A stretch of DNA of 64,000 nucleotides from Phoronis australis. Lineage: Eukaryota > Animalia > Phoronida. The notes beneath the pieces were generated by a model. It saw only the letters and a program-made list of their open reading frames with translations, was not told the DNA's origin and ran no database searches. Shown piece after piece: positions 37,542-50,049 of the stretch. The stretch's first letter is position 1; every line of letters begins with the position of its first letter. A program made the position numbers and the translations under genes. The stretch is from the NCBI GenBank assembly GCA_002633005.1, contig NMRA01000072.1:578952-642951 (forward strand), read 5' to 3'.

Positions 37542-40500
37542 CTGAAATTTGAAGCATATGTCAGATCATTTCAACTTATCCTTGAAAACCCCATCCTTAC
37601 CAAAACAAGTTATGAAACAGGTTAAATCAAAAAATTGGGCTGTTTTTTTTTTTGAAAATTAAATGTAATTGTCAAATTTTTAAACAATCCATCAGAGATA
37701 AGCAAAAAAGGTGCGGGTTTTTCTTTTTTGTTTCATAACGAACCAGCTTCATGGCACTTAAAACCTTGCTTGCATGCGTTCGTGTGGCTTTTGAAAGAAG
37801 TTCCAAGAACTTTGTTGAAACTGATGTGGGAGGATGCTTTTTTCTTTAAGGAATGCACAGGTTTCGAAGCAAGTCATGGGGTAGACCAAAACCAACTTTG
37901 CTTTTAGGCCTTAACAATAAATGCTCAAAATTCACAACATTTTAAAACCCAACAATTTTTATGTCCTGAAAGTACTTGGAATACAGATTAATCTAAAACA
38001 GTTGGCAGTCCTGTAAACCGCTATGGCATGGTACAGACAAAGATCTACCACTTGGCTAGCTACCTGTAAGCTTAAAGCACAGCACACGTGAAGGGGTGAA
38101 AATAAGACTAAACTTCCCAACTGTCATAGTACACTGGCCATTTTCCTTTGTTTGAGGGTAACCTGCATGAACCTAGTGCTAGGCTTACAGACACTTGTGA
38201 TAGTTGGCTGAGCATGCAGCTCTTCATCTACGCCATGCTTAAACTAAAGGATGTCGTTAAGACTTGAAAGTGGGCACAGTACCTTCTTGCACGATGCTTT
38301 CATTCTTTCAAGATTCTCATCAATATACTCAGCGAGCACCCCTTCAGGGGCAGTACCATCATGTTCAATTCCCTGGTTAGCTCTAAATGTAAAACCAACA
38401 CCTGACTCTCCATGTAGAAATTGATAGAAATTGAATTAAATATGCTAAAATCTAGCCAACTTCACACATATCTGCCAAAATTGTCACTATTTCATTTTTC
38501 AAGGGGTTGTAACATTGTTATGAAGTGTCCACAGATTTTCAAAATACTGCCCAATAGTAGCTATGGTTCAGAACTTGAACACGGAAACACATTGATTTGG
38601 TGATGCAAATTTCACATGCCCACCATGCTGTGTCCTAAATCAGCAACATTTCATCAAACAATGTATAACACAAGCAAATATAAATCTGCAGATATTAAAA
38701 GTAAACTACAGGCCAAAAACAATCAGACAAGGCAACTCGTATCGATTCCTGCCATGGCAGCTAAGCACAAACATAACTGCCCATCTTAACTGCCCATCAT
38801 GTGGAAGGTAATCAGTAAAATAACAGCATGCCCATACATCCAGGAAACTGGTTTTCACTACTGCTAAATAATTAAATGAATGGGAAAGACAGTGTCTTTA
38901 AAATTGAAAATAAGATAATCGTTTCATGTCAATTATTGGAAGCTTTAAAGCCAATTTTTACCGTGATAGTGGAGTGAATGTTCATTATACGACTCCGTTG
39001 ATAAGGATGAGTGATGGTAAGTTACCTGGTAGATCTAAATTTCCCGCCCTTCCCAGTCACCTGACTACCATGTGATCCCAGTCACCTGACTACCATGTGA
39101 CAGGAAAGGGTGGCAAATTTAGACCTACATCAGTAACCACTGAAGAAGGGCCCGAGTTGGACCTGAATGCTATGCAAACGGGTAACTTACCACAACTCAA
39201 TTTTTACCATCTTTTGTGGTCTAATTCTCAAAACATTGCAGGTGGCAACGATTTCGGAATCCTTTTAACAGTGTCCAACAACCCTCATCAATAGCCAACT
39301 TTGTTGGTAAAAACTTAAGTGCAATAAAGGCAACAAACTTTACCTTATGTACAACACCTCACAGGAAACCATGGAACAGCAAGACACCAGTTCCTCGTTA
39401 CCAAACATAGGTGGACTTCTCTGAAATTTGCAATATTGACAAAAGCCTTGTTTTACATTGATAATACATCTCTTTATGATAAGGTTAATTTAAAAGGGCC
39501 AAAATATGTAAGCCAGGGGTTCGTTTCATGAAAGTTTAAGTCTCAAGTTTCGTTGTTAGCATGATGTCAGCTGCATTGTTCAACACGTTAAGACTAAAAT
39601 AGTTTCATGAAACGGAGCCCAGGAAAGTTTACAACCTTGCCATATCTCGTAAATTCCAACATTTGTCACCAATGAATATGTATTGACTCAAATATCTTAA
39701 TATGCAGTGTTACACGGGGTGTAAATGATATTTATTTATTAACTTATTGACCTGCGTTTCATTATGTATTAACACCACACATAAAACCAGATTCACCTAG
39801 TCAAGAATGTGTAACATGCAAAAATTATACATGTGCTTGCGCACTGCTGCCCATTTAACCTGAAAACACCACTTGTATAATAATATAGGGGACCCAACCG
39901 ATGGCAACCGAACACCTGTGTCCCCTATATGTTAAAATACACGGGGTCTGCCTGATGACGACCCAAGAGTGGGGAACTCTAAAGGCTCCCCTTTTCAGGC
40001 TTAAAATTCAGTGAAATTCTTGTCTATGTCACTTCACAAAAAGTCATTTAAAAATAATTAAGGTCATGTACCTTAATACTGACAAGTGTGTGCATTTTGC
40101 CGAATACCTACAAAACTATAGATTTTAACTTGGAAAACTGGATATTTTCTGAAAGCAGAAAGCCCATAGAATTTGATATTTGACCTTTAACCCATTTGCA
40201 TTGATTGGGTGATGTGACCATATCTTTTAGTAAAATTTAGCAAAAACAAAAAGGAACACTGATATGGAAACAACGGTGTAAATAACATGATCAAATTTTA
40301 GTCAATATAAATTTCAAAGTGAGACACTGTAGCACTTTTCTAAAATATTTCATTTTCGTTTCGCACAACTTTAATTTTTTTTTCATAAAAATCATAAAAG
40401 TTATATTTTTGATAGACCTTCATGCAAAATTAGAACACATTAAAAATAATTCCTAAAAGAACACGCATAAATATAGATTATTACATGACGAAGTCGTTAT

Positions 40501-43500
40501 CCCCCGTTATCTAGAGCCTGAGTGGATTTTGGAGAATTATCGCCCGAGGGGCGTTAGCCCCGAGGGTGATAATTCTACAAAATCCACGAGGGCTCTAGAT
40601 AAGGGGGATAACGACTGAGAACATGTAATAATCTATTTATACCACATACTAAACGAGAAACATTGCAATGAATCGATCTACCTTTCTCGACTCGCCTCGG
40701 CTTTGTAACTACTTTCTATGTCAGAGGCCTGGGGTCGGAGGTCGTGACCTTTTAAGAAAAGCCGAGCTATTTTTGTCAAATAATGCTTATACTCAAAACC
40801 AATTGAAAACTTAAATATAATAGAAATAAACTGAATTTATAAATTAAGGTTTACCAACTATTATAGCTTAAAACACGTTTTTGTCACGCTAAGCTTCGAC
40901 CGGGAAATTATCGTCTGCTAAAGTAGGTTACCAATGGTAACTGAATATAATTCTCAAGTCAAAGATCCTGACGACACGATACCCGCATTCAAACTGGAGA
41001 TCGGTGATTTACAAGTAAGAGGACATGAGAGAAAATTTTCACTGAATTAGGATATCATTTTTATGGAAATTATNNNNNNNNNNNNNNNNNNNNNNNNNNN
41101 NNNNNNNNNNNNNNNNNNNNNNNNNNNNNNNNNNNNNNNNNNNNNNNNNNNNNNNNNNNNNNNNNNNNNNNNNNNNNNNNNNNNNNNNNNNNNNNNNNNN
41201 NNNNNNNNNNNNTGGAGACAGTTTGAGATTCATAGATCCTTATAATTGAAAAAATGTTCATTGAAATTATAGACACATGGTGAACAGAGACACCTGGTGG
41301 CTGCCAAAAGTATTGTTCACAAGCTACTTTAATTTTTGACAATGTTGGACAAGACAACTAGTTCTTGTCTGTCAATCATCTAAGTTCTTAACAGGTCCTC
41401 CTGGAGGCAATTTGTTTGCAAGTGTTGGATTAAAAATAATTAAAAAATTATGGGTCATGGGTTAGAGAAATAAATGAAAAATATGGGCGGTGGGTACGAA
41501 ATAAAAGTGCCTTCCCCCCCCTCCCATACAGATTTTGCTGGAACAGCCCTTAAATGACCCATCAACAGAGAAGCAAAAATGCTCAGAAGTCCTAACTTTT
41601 TTCATGTGAAGACTACATTTCTGCTCAGTAGTTGATTTTTGATAAAGTCCTGTAAAGATGTATAGTCTCATTAAATTGTGATGTGCAAATGAAGTACTAA
41701 TTTACAAACAACCCGGGTCCTCCAGTCTGCCGGAAACTACAGATCACAGTCTGAAATCAATCAGTTACAGTGTTCCCTTAGTCAAATTGTTGATTAGCAC
41801 CGTAAACTGAAAAGCATTTCTGTGACACCAGTATGCACTTCTTATTGTAACGTAACATCATGTTTGATACTCGTATGTGGAATAATACTAAGTATGAAAT
41901 GTTTACTTCACGAAAATTAAAAAGAATAACTTAAATTTGAATGTTTTTTTATCAATTATTTGAAAAGCATATTCTAAAACACAGAAATCCTAGATCGGTA
42001 GAACTACAAGAACAGTGGACACTATGAGTCTATTTTTGCTGAGTAGTTTTTATTTACTCAAACATGTACTCAATACCTAGTCTGGGGGCATCTGCACCAG
42101 GTAAATAGTGTATGAATGGGGCTCATATAATCACACTGATAATAATATTAATTTGCAAAGTTGCCTTTGAAGAATAAATGGTGAAAAAACAAGAATCGAG
42201 AATGTAACAAATGGAATGCAGAAACATGACAGGCCAACTACTAAGCCTCAAGTAGGCCCACCTTCATATGTACTGACTACACGACACCCTCTCCGCGCTA
42301 GAATCTCGGCACTTGCTTCAGTACACCACTTGTGACCATCCAAAAATCTGGAACAAAAGCAAGGCAATGAGTTATTCAATATCGATGACACCTGTAAAGG
42401 ATTCACTAGAAGTACAGTACTATAAATCTATAGACACACTACCACTAAAACAAGCTTACAGCATTTTTGCAACAAAATACATTAAGGTATCCACTTATAG
42501 ACGATTTCTGAATGAGCCCTTCAGGCCTCAAAAAATGGTTTGTATGTCTGGCACAGGACACATACATGTGGTAAAAACTGGCATGATGTTATTGATTTAT
42601 TTTCACGTTGAGATCATCATCATCATAAGAAAGCATTATCAAGAATCCTTTCCTATGACACATGGAAAGTTGTCGGTACTTGATATATTTTAAAAAAAGT
42701 TTCCATATGTAGGGCTAGTTTTGCATAGACATCGGCCACCTCAAGATTCCAGTAGTTTTTGTGCTGTAGATTTGTTTGATGACATTACAATTGGGGCTTA
42801 TGCGTCATAGTACTCCTTCCTAAAGGAGTAGGTGCAAAATGTGTAACAACACAGCCTCAACTGCGCTGTATGCCACAACAACAGGCATTAGGCATCACAC
42901 CATGTCTGCAACTCCTGTATGCACGCACCCAGAGGGGGGGGGGGCTCAGGCGAAGTGGACAAAAAGGTTCGCCTCAGAGAAACCAAAACTGCCAAGAAAG
43001 TAGAAAACGCGACCAAAGTCCACTAAAAAGAAGGAACTACCAAAAATCGGCAAATGCACAGTTCATAGCTCTGAAGGTATCCCGTGAATCTCAGTAAAAG
43101 GTCCACATTCTCAAAAATTCGAGCCCCCCATTTTTTAAACTCAGTGTACACATGCTCCTTGAATAACACATTGCGTGGACACAACCAGGCTAATTAGTGT
43201 GATGTTATCTGGTTGTAATCAGTGAAAAGAGTGTGATTCTTTTCGACATAAATTACTGGACATTTACAAGTTGTCTGTCAGGTGACTGATTACCTGGAGA
43301 AAAGCTCGTCAAGCTCTTGTCTGCAATGTTAAAGTCTATGGCAAAACTCAGGGAGACACGTAAGAGTTTCTTTACTCGAGGATGACCTATTTAAACCTTT
43401 TATTTGTTTTCATTTCAGATTTATCTGAAAGTGGATAGTCTGATCAGGCACCACTGTTTTTCAGTTATGTGTTTACAATGTACACAAATGACTTGCTCAA

Positions 43501-46500
43501 ATTTCATCCATTTGCCCTGTATTTGGTCCAAGTAACAGATGATAGCAGCACACATCATACAAAGGAGACTAAAAATACCATACACAAAACCAGCAATGGA
43601 AAATTTGAGCACAAAAAAATTCTTGTGCACACAAAGATAACCAAATACAAATCATTTCTATGTAAATACCTAAATTAAAATTTAAACAATACCAACCGCT
43701 GTATTATTTCTTCCTTGGTGTATAACTTAATATCTTTACTATTATAATAATTTTCGGCGTGCATGAAACTGTGTAACGACTTGGAGAGCCTCTTGCCAAA
43801 CATAGCCTGCAAAATGACGAAATTATGATCATCACATAATTTAGGGAGCACTTTTCGGGCACTGAAGCTATGCTTCAAATGCAGAAACTGTAAGAAAATA
43901 TTATTGCTGCAGTTAGGAAGACAGTGCAGTATAGTGGAGAAGACTACAAACTCTCACTTGTAAGACTCCAGTTTGAAACCTGTGTTCAGTATCAGACTAT
44001 GAGTATGCATTAGCTCAGCCAGTAGCCAGGATTAGGCAAGAAATGTTTTGAATTTCTAAAATCTTTTGGTGAACCTCTCAATATTGCGCAAAAATTGGTG
44101 CCCTTAATGAGCCAAAGAGTGTGCGACGCAACCAGTTTCCAATGCTTTATTGTTAAGAAATTCTGCAGTAGTTAAAGATAACGCTACAAGAGACAATGCT
44201 ACAGTACGTTCAACTCAATGTACATGTAAATTCGACATCAGGCATTGTTTGGAGACTGATTGGTGGATGGTGTTGAGATTATTGTCTCAGACAGCCACAG
44301 AGACAGGTTGTTCATCGAAGAATTTTTAATAGAAAATCACCAGGCTCACTGTTCACTTTGTGCCAACCAGTCTTCGTTCGACCTTCAGCTGTGGTGACCA
44401 GTTGTTAGTACGCTTGTGCATTATGACTCAACTGCATTACTATTTTAAAATTTATGTTTCAGCCTGTATGCTCAACTGAAGATGCTTTACAAAGAAAAGT
44501 TGATGTGGTTTACAGCTACGTTCTTTGTCCTAGTCGTTCTTTCAAAATTCGAAAGCACCACGTTGAATTTGCAGGTAATAATTTAATTTGTGAAACTCTT
44601 TTGAGTAAACAAGTAGAAAAGGATATAATCTAAGACTTGTAATTCTCATGCCAATGAAGTATCGCCAATAATCCTTTTACTTACACCAGGGAACACAAAA
44701 GGCATCAGATTGTCAAGCAACACCATCTTGTCAACACATTCAGGGAACATAGCGGCAAACTGTCAACACAAAAGAACAAAAAAGTTAACTTTAGAGAATC
44801 AGGAAACCGTGTATGTATCAATATTTAATCGAGTGCAACTAACTGAAATTGCTTTATAAAATCTACAAAATTTGGTGTTAAAAATAAGGAATTCAAAACA
44901 CACTTTTAATACAAGAAGACTATGAGCTTGAAAGATGTTTTTCTATAGATCTACCATGTTGATGGAGGGTGTCACTTAAAGCAAGCTGAACACTTTACCA
45001 AAAAGCAGATCTGTGCTCCAAGACTGTGACCAATTAAGGTGAACTTGGTCCAACCCAGCTCTACAAATAGGGTAAATATATTGGTGATGATACACACATG
45101 GAACAAGAATAAATACATATTAGAGACTGTATTCAAAATATAAAACCTAGTCCAAGTCACTGATTGCAGGTAAAGAAATGAACACCGTCTCGTCTATGTT
45201 TCAGAAAAGCATTGTGTACAAAAAAAACAAAAGGCTCATTGAACAGATAAAGCATTAAAATTTTCCTTATCCACATCAGAAAAATGAAAAAAGTACAATA
45301 TTCATTGTTGCCGTGATTATAAACAAGACCAACAAGGAGTGTTGAAATGCACCCACAAAAAAACAAAACTGCCATTACGAGACGCCACAGTAGTCAAAGT
45401 CATCAGAAAATCATTGTCAGACCTCTTCTTCATAGTAAGAACATACATGCCAATTTTCACCATTGTCCTTAGAGTGGTTTGGTTTATAGATAGGCGGACG
45501 CCAAAAAACAGATTCGAAACAGTAAAAACGACCACTAAGAGGCAAAAAACACCTCGAATCCATCCGAAAACGGGAGGAGAGCATTATCTTACTAATTGAT
45601 GCCTATATGCCAAATTTTAAGAAAATCCGTTGAGGACCATGGTAGATACAAAAACTAAAATTGACGCTAAGCGGCACATAGGTAGTCCATCTGAAAGGAA
45701 CACATGTTCAAAATTTCATGAATATATATCAAAGGGTTTTGGAGATAGAGCAGCAGACATCGGACAGGGATGATGGCATAATATGTCTACATAAGAATAT
45801 GTGGGTGCATAAAAAGCGCTCTCCAGAAATCACCATGCAGAGTACTAGGACTTCTCAGTGCCGCTGCAACAGCACAATCACTGCAGGTCATATTCATCTT
45901 GCATAGTGAGTTATGAGATTTATCACTACACCCACCAATCAATGGTAAAGTCCTGTACCTGCACAATGTGTTTACAACATTGTCAGTGAGAGATCAAACA
46001 GACTCTCGACCTTATTCTAAGTTTTAAAGAAAAGTCTTCAAAGAAATAACTGCTTATTCTAAAGAAACGTTTCTGCAATATGGCCTCTGTATGTAAACTG
46101 GTCATTGTTGCTGTTTGTTATACTTATGCAAGTGATAAGTGGCCTAAATAAAAATTTTAATTCTTATTTAATGAAGTTTGTGTTCATCGCTGCTTTGATT
46201 ATCACTAGCATAACCTATTCATCATCTTACCTTCTACAACTCTTTTCACATCCACGACATAGTCTGTGAAGTAAAGAAGGACACCTGGTGGTCTGTGAGA
46301 AGAACAACCATGACCAGGTAGATCGATCGCAACAAAATACACATCTGAAATTGCAGTGGTAAACAACATGAAAACACTACAAGCCAGCTGATCAAAACAA
46401 CACTACAGCCCTTTTGGAAAAATAATAAAATGTGTGAAAACAGGACCCCTGAGAAAAGAACTAAGTTCACTTTCACATTAAGTCTCAAATTACTCAATTT

Positions 46501-49500
46501 CTATATTTAAATCATTACTTGGTGAAATGAAATCTCTCCAAGTATGTTGCTTTGTCATAAATTTCTTTTTTGTTTTTTGCTTGTTTCTTTGTTTGCACGC
46601 CACAGATCGCAATTCCTATCATATCAATGCGAAATTTACACACGTGTCTCACGAATGGTTAAAACCGGACACAAGATGGTACTGTGGCGGCCATTTTTTA
46701 CGTTTTTGATTTGTGGAGCTGCCGTTTCTAGTTGGATTTTCCCGATTTTTTTTCTGTGGATAGATCATTCCAAGTGCTATTACACATGTGTCATTTGTGT
46801 TTCTCTAGGCCTTACTGCTCTTGAGTTATTCGAGGGGGCAGTTATCCAATTAACTGAGTTTTTGTGACATCTTCGGCGGCCCCAGACGGATCTGTCTGAA
46901 ATTTGGTATGTGGATAGATTTTTTCAAATGCTATCAGCATTGTGAAAGTCGTTTCTTGCTATGACTTAACGTTCTGGCTCACAATATTTGAGATTTATTG
47001 CTCAGTTCTTTTGTTGGTATTCATAACTGTGCTCTGTTAACCCATCGTATTTGACCTAGAGATGGCACTTTCCATCTGATCAGCATGAAATTTACGTACA
47101 GTGTTTATTTAGTCAATAGCCCGACGTCATTTGTTCTTAGGCGAAATTGCATGTAAGATGGCGCTGTGATGCCATTTTTTATTATTTAATTATGTTTGCC
47201 GTTTTCAAATTTGGTTATCTAATACATTGATGTAATAAGCTTCAGTGTCATGGTTGTTGATGTTCTGGGTTTCGTAGTTGGTCTAACCTTTAAATTTTTA
47301 TTTTATTTCCCCCAAGTTATTTAGCTCCTCAAATTGCTTCCATTTACTATTTCAGAGGCTTACTTCATCACTACAAACGCTCGAAATTTTGTAATTAAAC
47401 GTTGTTGGTGATCGCTATAATGTACAGTTAACTAGTACACTAAAAAAATTTCATGAAAAATTCTGCATGGAAATTAAAGAAAATGAAATTTCACTTCTTG
47501 ACCTTATTGTTTCCCACATTGAAGAATTTTTTACCAAAGAAAATACTGACACAAAAAGAACTCAAGTGGCACAAACGTAAAGTTCTATAAATACCAAGCG
47601 AATCTATTATAAAATTACACAGTAGTGGTAAATACTGGGATTTTCTATAGATAAGCCCACCCGATGAAATGCCCATGGGCATTTACTTAGAAAATTATGT
47701 TGAATGCCAATAGGCATTTATTTAGTGTTGCAATTTCTGGTGTCAAGTGTCCAGATAGTGGGGCGTTTATTCGGAAAATGTTCTCTTTAACGCCCACTTA
47801 GCGTCAACTTTTAGTCACAAATTCAATTTTGTGGAGCTTTTTTCATTTATAAAGACGAACAAAAAGTTGGCAAATTATGCATTTACTGGGTTAATTTTAA
47901 GTAAAAAATGTCAAAGCAGGAAACCTCTTAATCATGGTCCATGGATTGTGTATTCAGTTCATGTTGCATTTGCATAGCCAAAACTGTGACTTTCCATTTA
48001 CACAATCCCCTTTTGGTATTACTAAAATGCATGAAAATTTCATTGGCTTATCTACGGAAATTCCCAGTAACAGACAGTTAGCTCACATTGGTTCAACAAA
48101 AGTGCCATTATATATTAAGCAGTCTCCCTGATGTTATTTACCTGCAGGTAGAAATGGCACAAGTCCATCAAATGTGTTGGCATTATCTAGAAACCCATGT
48201 AAACCAAGCACAGGAGTGCCGCCCACCTTCCCCCACGCCTTGGCTGCGATATGTCCCCATGGTACAGGTATCTCAAGCTCTTGAATGTCCTGAATTATAG
48301 ATGAACATAGCTGAAAATGCTTTAGCCAGATAAAGACTGACCATATCTCAGTAACGCGTAACTGAATAGAAAGAAATTCTACAATTTGGAAGAAGGAAAA
48401 TTATAGTTTTCTTGATTAGAAATTGTCTCACACTTCTGAAACTCACAATGAAGGCTGCTCGAAATGGAAAAATCATGGAGTGGATGTGGTACTGTTTCAT
48501 ATCAATGTCAATGTACAACTTCAAGTTATCCTTGCAAAATGAAAAGGGAATTCTCACCTAATGAGAATATAACTAAGACGACATTCAAATTTATGAGAAA
48601 CAAACCTTACTATAGCGAGAATACAATGAAAATCTAGTGAGAATGCAGTGAGAATCTAACTAGATTCCACAGCGTTCTCACTCAATGACAATTTGTCTTC
48701 CTGCATAGCCTTTCTTAATATAAAATCTCACTGAGTAAGATTAATTCTCAAAGGGTGAGATTCTCACTGGAAGAGTTTATCATTAAGTGAGATTTGTGAA
48801 CTGCGTACATTTTAGGAATTGAAATTATATGACAATTCAAAGCTGTTGGTAACCCAAATGTTTCTCAATTATCTGTGAGTTTATCTTGAAATTCGACAGA
48901 AGGTAATTACATGAACACGGCTTGATTAGGTGTTTGAACTTTAATATTATTTTTAGCCCTGTGTTATACCATATATTTTAAGCTGGTTAGAAGCATTATT
49001 GTGAAGAGGGAAAGTATAGTAATTCAAATAAAAACTGTAGGTCTAAACTGTGTAGTGGGTGTATCATATATGATGCAACACAACAATACTATGATTCTTA
49101 ACAACAATTCTAACACCTAATGCCCTAATGGAGAATAAAAAGGAAAATACTAAAACCTCAGCAGCCAGAACTGAATGGAAGCATCAGTTTATTAAATGGA
49201 TAACTAAAACAATCAAAGCTCAGAATTAACAATCAATTCCAAAAGCACCAATTTCAGAGCCCAAAGTTTAAGAGTCCCAAAATTGAAGCACTGTCCCCCG
49301 CAAACTTTGAGTGTTCATAAAGAAATCGAAATTATCAAATATGTTGCAAGAACATCTTCAAATTTTACGAGTGATTTTATAAATGCCAGGGCTGTCGATG
49401 CCTTGATTTTGGAGCCAAATATCCACCATGCAAAATATTTTAAAATCTTGTGAATTTCCCCACATCAGGTTCAGCAATTAGGCTTCCAATCTCCTCACAC

Positions 49501-49968
49501 ACAAGAGTGAATGATCTGAAAATGTCTTTGAACTTTTCATCTTTTGTCAAACTTGATTTTATGATGAAGGGTGATTGGGTTTCGTCAAATACCCAGACGC
49601 AAACATTGTCACTGAGGTCATTGTTTGCACTTGTGTGGTCATTACTGAACCATAGCGGCATAGCCTAGTTTAGCCCCTATTTATCGCAGTATCATACGAC
49701 CGGCTGATTAAAGACGCCTGTGTTTTAGCCAAGGATTAGAAACAGATTCGGATCACAGGCACCTTTGATCAGCCCTCAACTATACACTAAATAAAGAGCT
49801 TTCTCTTTATTATACTTATAGTATATGGTCGAGGGCTACTTAAAAGGTGCCTGTGATTCGGATTAACATCATTAACGATTAACAGCAATTTGACAGAAAA
49901 ACAACAAACAGAACGGCGAAGGTCAGAGTGAAAGTTACCATATGATTATCACAAGCCTGTTCTTCCAT
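37431..49968 (-). CDS. SERHL2: Serine hydrolase-like alpha/beta hydrolase; exons 49939-49968, 48142-48289, 46231-46344, 44999-45060, 44685-44759, 43697-43806, 42262-42347, [one short phase 1-to-0 exon not located], 39344-39420, 38283-38382, 37431-37541
   Basis: IPVPWGHIAAKAWG..PVLGLHGFLDNANTFD, VAIDLPGHGCSSHRP, nucleophile elbow GHSLG, FAAMFPECVDKMVLLD, catalytic His region GNHHVHLNNPE; C-terminal SKL. Confidence 0.88.
38283..38382 (-). CDS. SERHL2: SERHL penultimate exon
   Basis: ANQGIEHD...ERMKASCKK, phase 2 to 0. Confidence 0.75.
39017..39192. mobile_element. Small inverted-repeat element with an internal 25-bp direct duplication
   Basis: GGTAAGTTACC ... GGTAACTTACC; CCCAGTCACCTGACTACCATGTGA x2. 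Confidence 0.55.
39344..39420 (-). CDS. SERHL2: SERHL late exon
   Basis: RSPPMFGNEELVSCCSMVSCEVLYIR, phase 0 to 2. Confidence 0.75.
39516..39620. mobile_element. Tourist/Harbinger-like MITE
   Basis: GGGGTTCGTTTCATGAAA ... TTTCATGAAACGGAGCCC. Confidence 0.6.
40473..40636. repeat. 164-bp near-perfect palindrome
   Basis: ATAGATTATTACATG...CCCGAGGGGCGTTAGCCCCGAGGG...CATGTAATAATCTAT. Confidence 0.85.
42262..42347 (-). CDS. SERHL2: SERHL exon 7
   Basis: FLDGHKWCTEASAEILARRGC..., phase-2 acceptor; donor position less certain. Confidence 0.72.
43697..43806 (-). CDS. SERHL2: SERHL exon 6
   Basis: AMFGKRLSKS...YTKEEIIQR, phase 0 to 2. Confidence 0.75.
44685..44759 (-). CDS. SERHL2: SERHL exon 5
   Basis: FAAMFPECVDKMVLLDNLMPFVFPG|gtaagt. 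Confidence 0.9.
44999..45060 (-). CDS. SERHL2: SERHL exon 4 (catalytic Ser, GHSLG)
   Basis: LGWTKFTLIGHSLGAQICFL. Confidence 0.92.
45322..45815 (-). mobile_element. Short copy of the HINE family (SERHL intron)
   Basis: both termini on the minus strand: ATGTGGGTGCATAAAAA at the right, AACAAGACCAAC..GTTGAAATGCACCCAC at the left. Confidence 0.8.
46231..46344 (-). CDS. SERHL2: SERHL exon 3
   Basis: VYFVAIDLPGHGCSSHRPPG...DVKRVVE, phase 1 to 1. Confidence 0.92.
48142..48289 (-). CDS. SERHL2: SERHL exon 2
   Basis: DIQELEIPVPWGHIAAKAWGKVGGTPVLGLHGFLDNANTFDGLVPFLPA. Confidence 0.92.
49748..49861. repeat. ~110-bp hairpin in SERHL intron 1
   Basis: ATCACAGGCACCTTT..AGCCCTC / GAGGGCT..AAAGGTGCCTGTGAT. 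Confidence 0.75.
49939..49968 (-). CDS. SERHL putative first coding exon (MEEQACDNHM)
   Basis: ATG with an upstream in-frame stop; phase-0 donor gtaact fits the next exon; near a YY1-like motif at ~50107. Confidence 0.55.
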
Positions 49969-50049
49969 TGCAACGAATTTTGATGCTCTTTAGACGAACA
50001 GACTTTCTAGAGCGTGTGAACCGCAGAACATCTCAGAATACGCAGAGGA

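Noticed and set aside
41039-41357. ORFs spanning 41074-41212
   Set aside because: N-gap artefacts.
41597-41649. Candidate missing SERHL exon (GLYQKSTTEQKCSLHMKK), phase 1 to 0
   Set aside because: The phases fit but the peptide does not resemble the family RDxRL segment; not supportable.
49440-49668. Overlapping 72-73 aa ORFs in SERHL intron 1
   Set aside because: No recognisable homology and no fitting splice sites.
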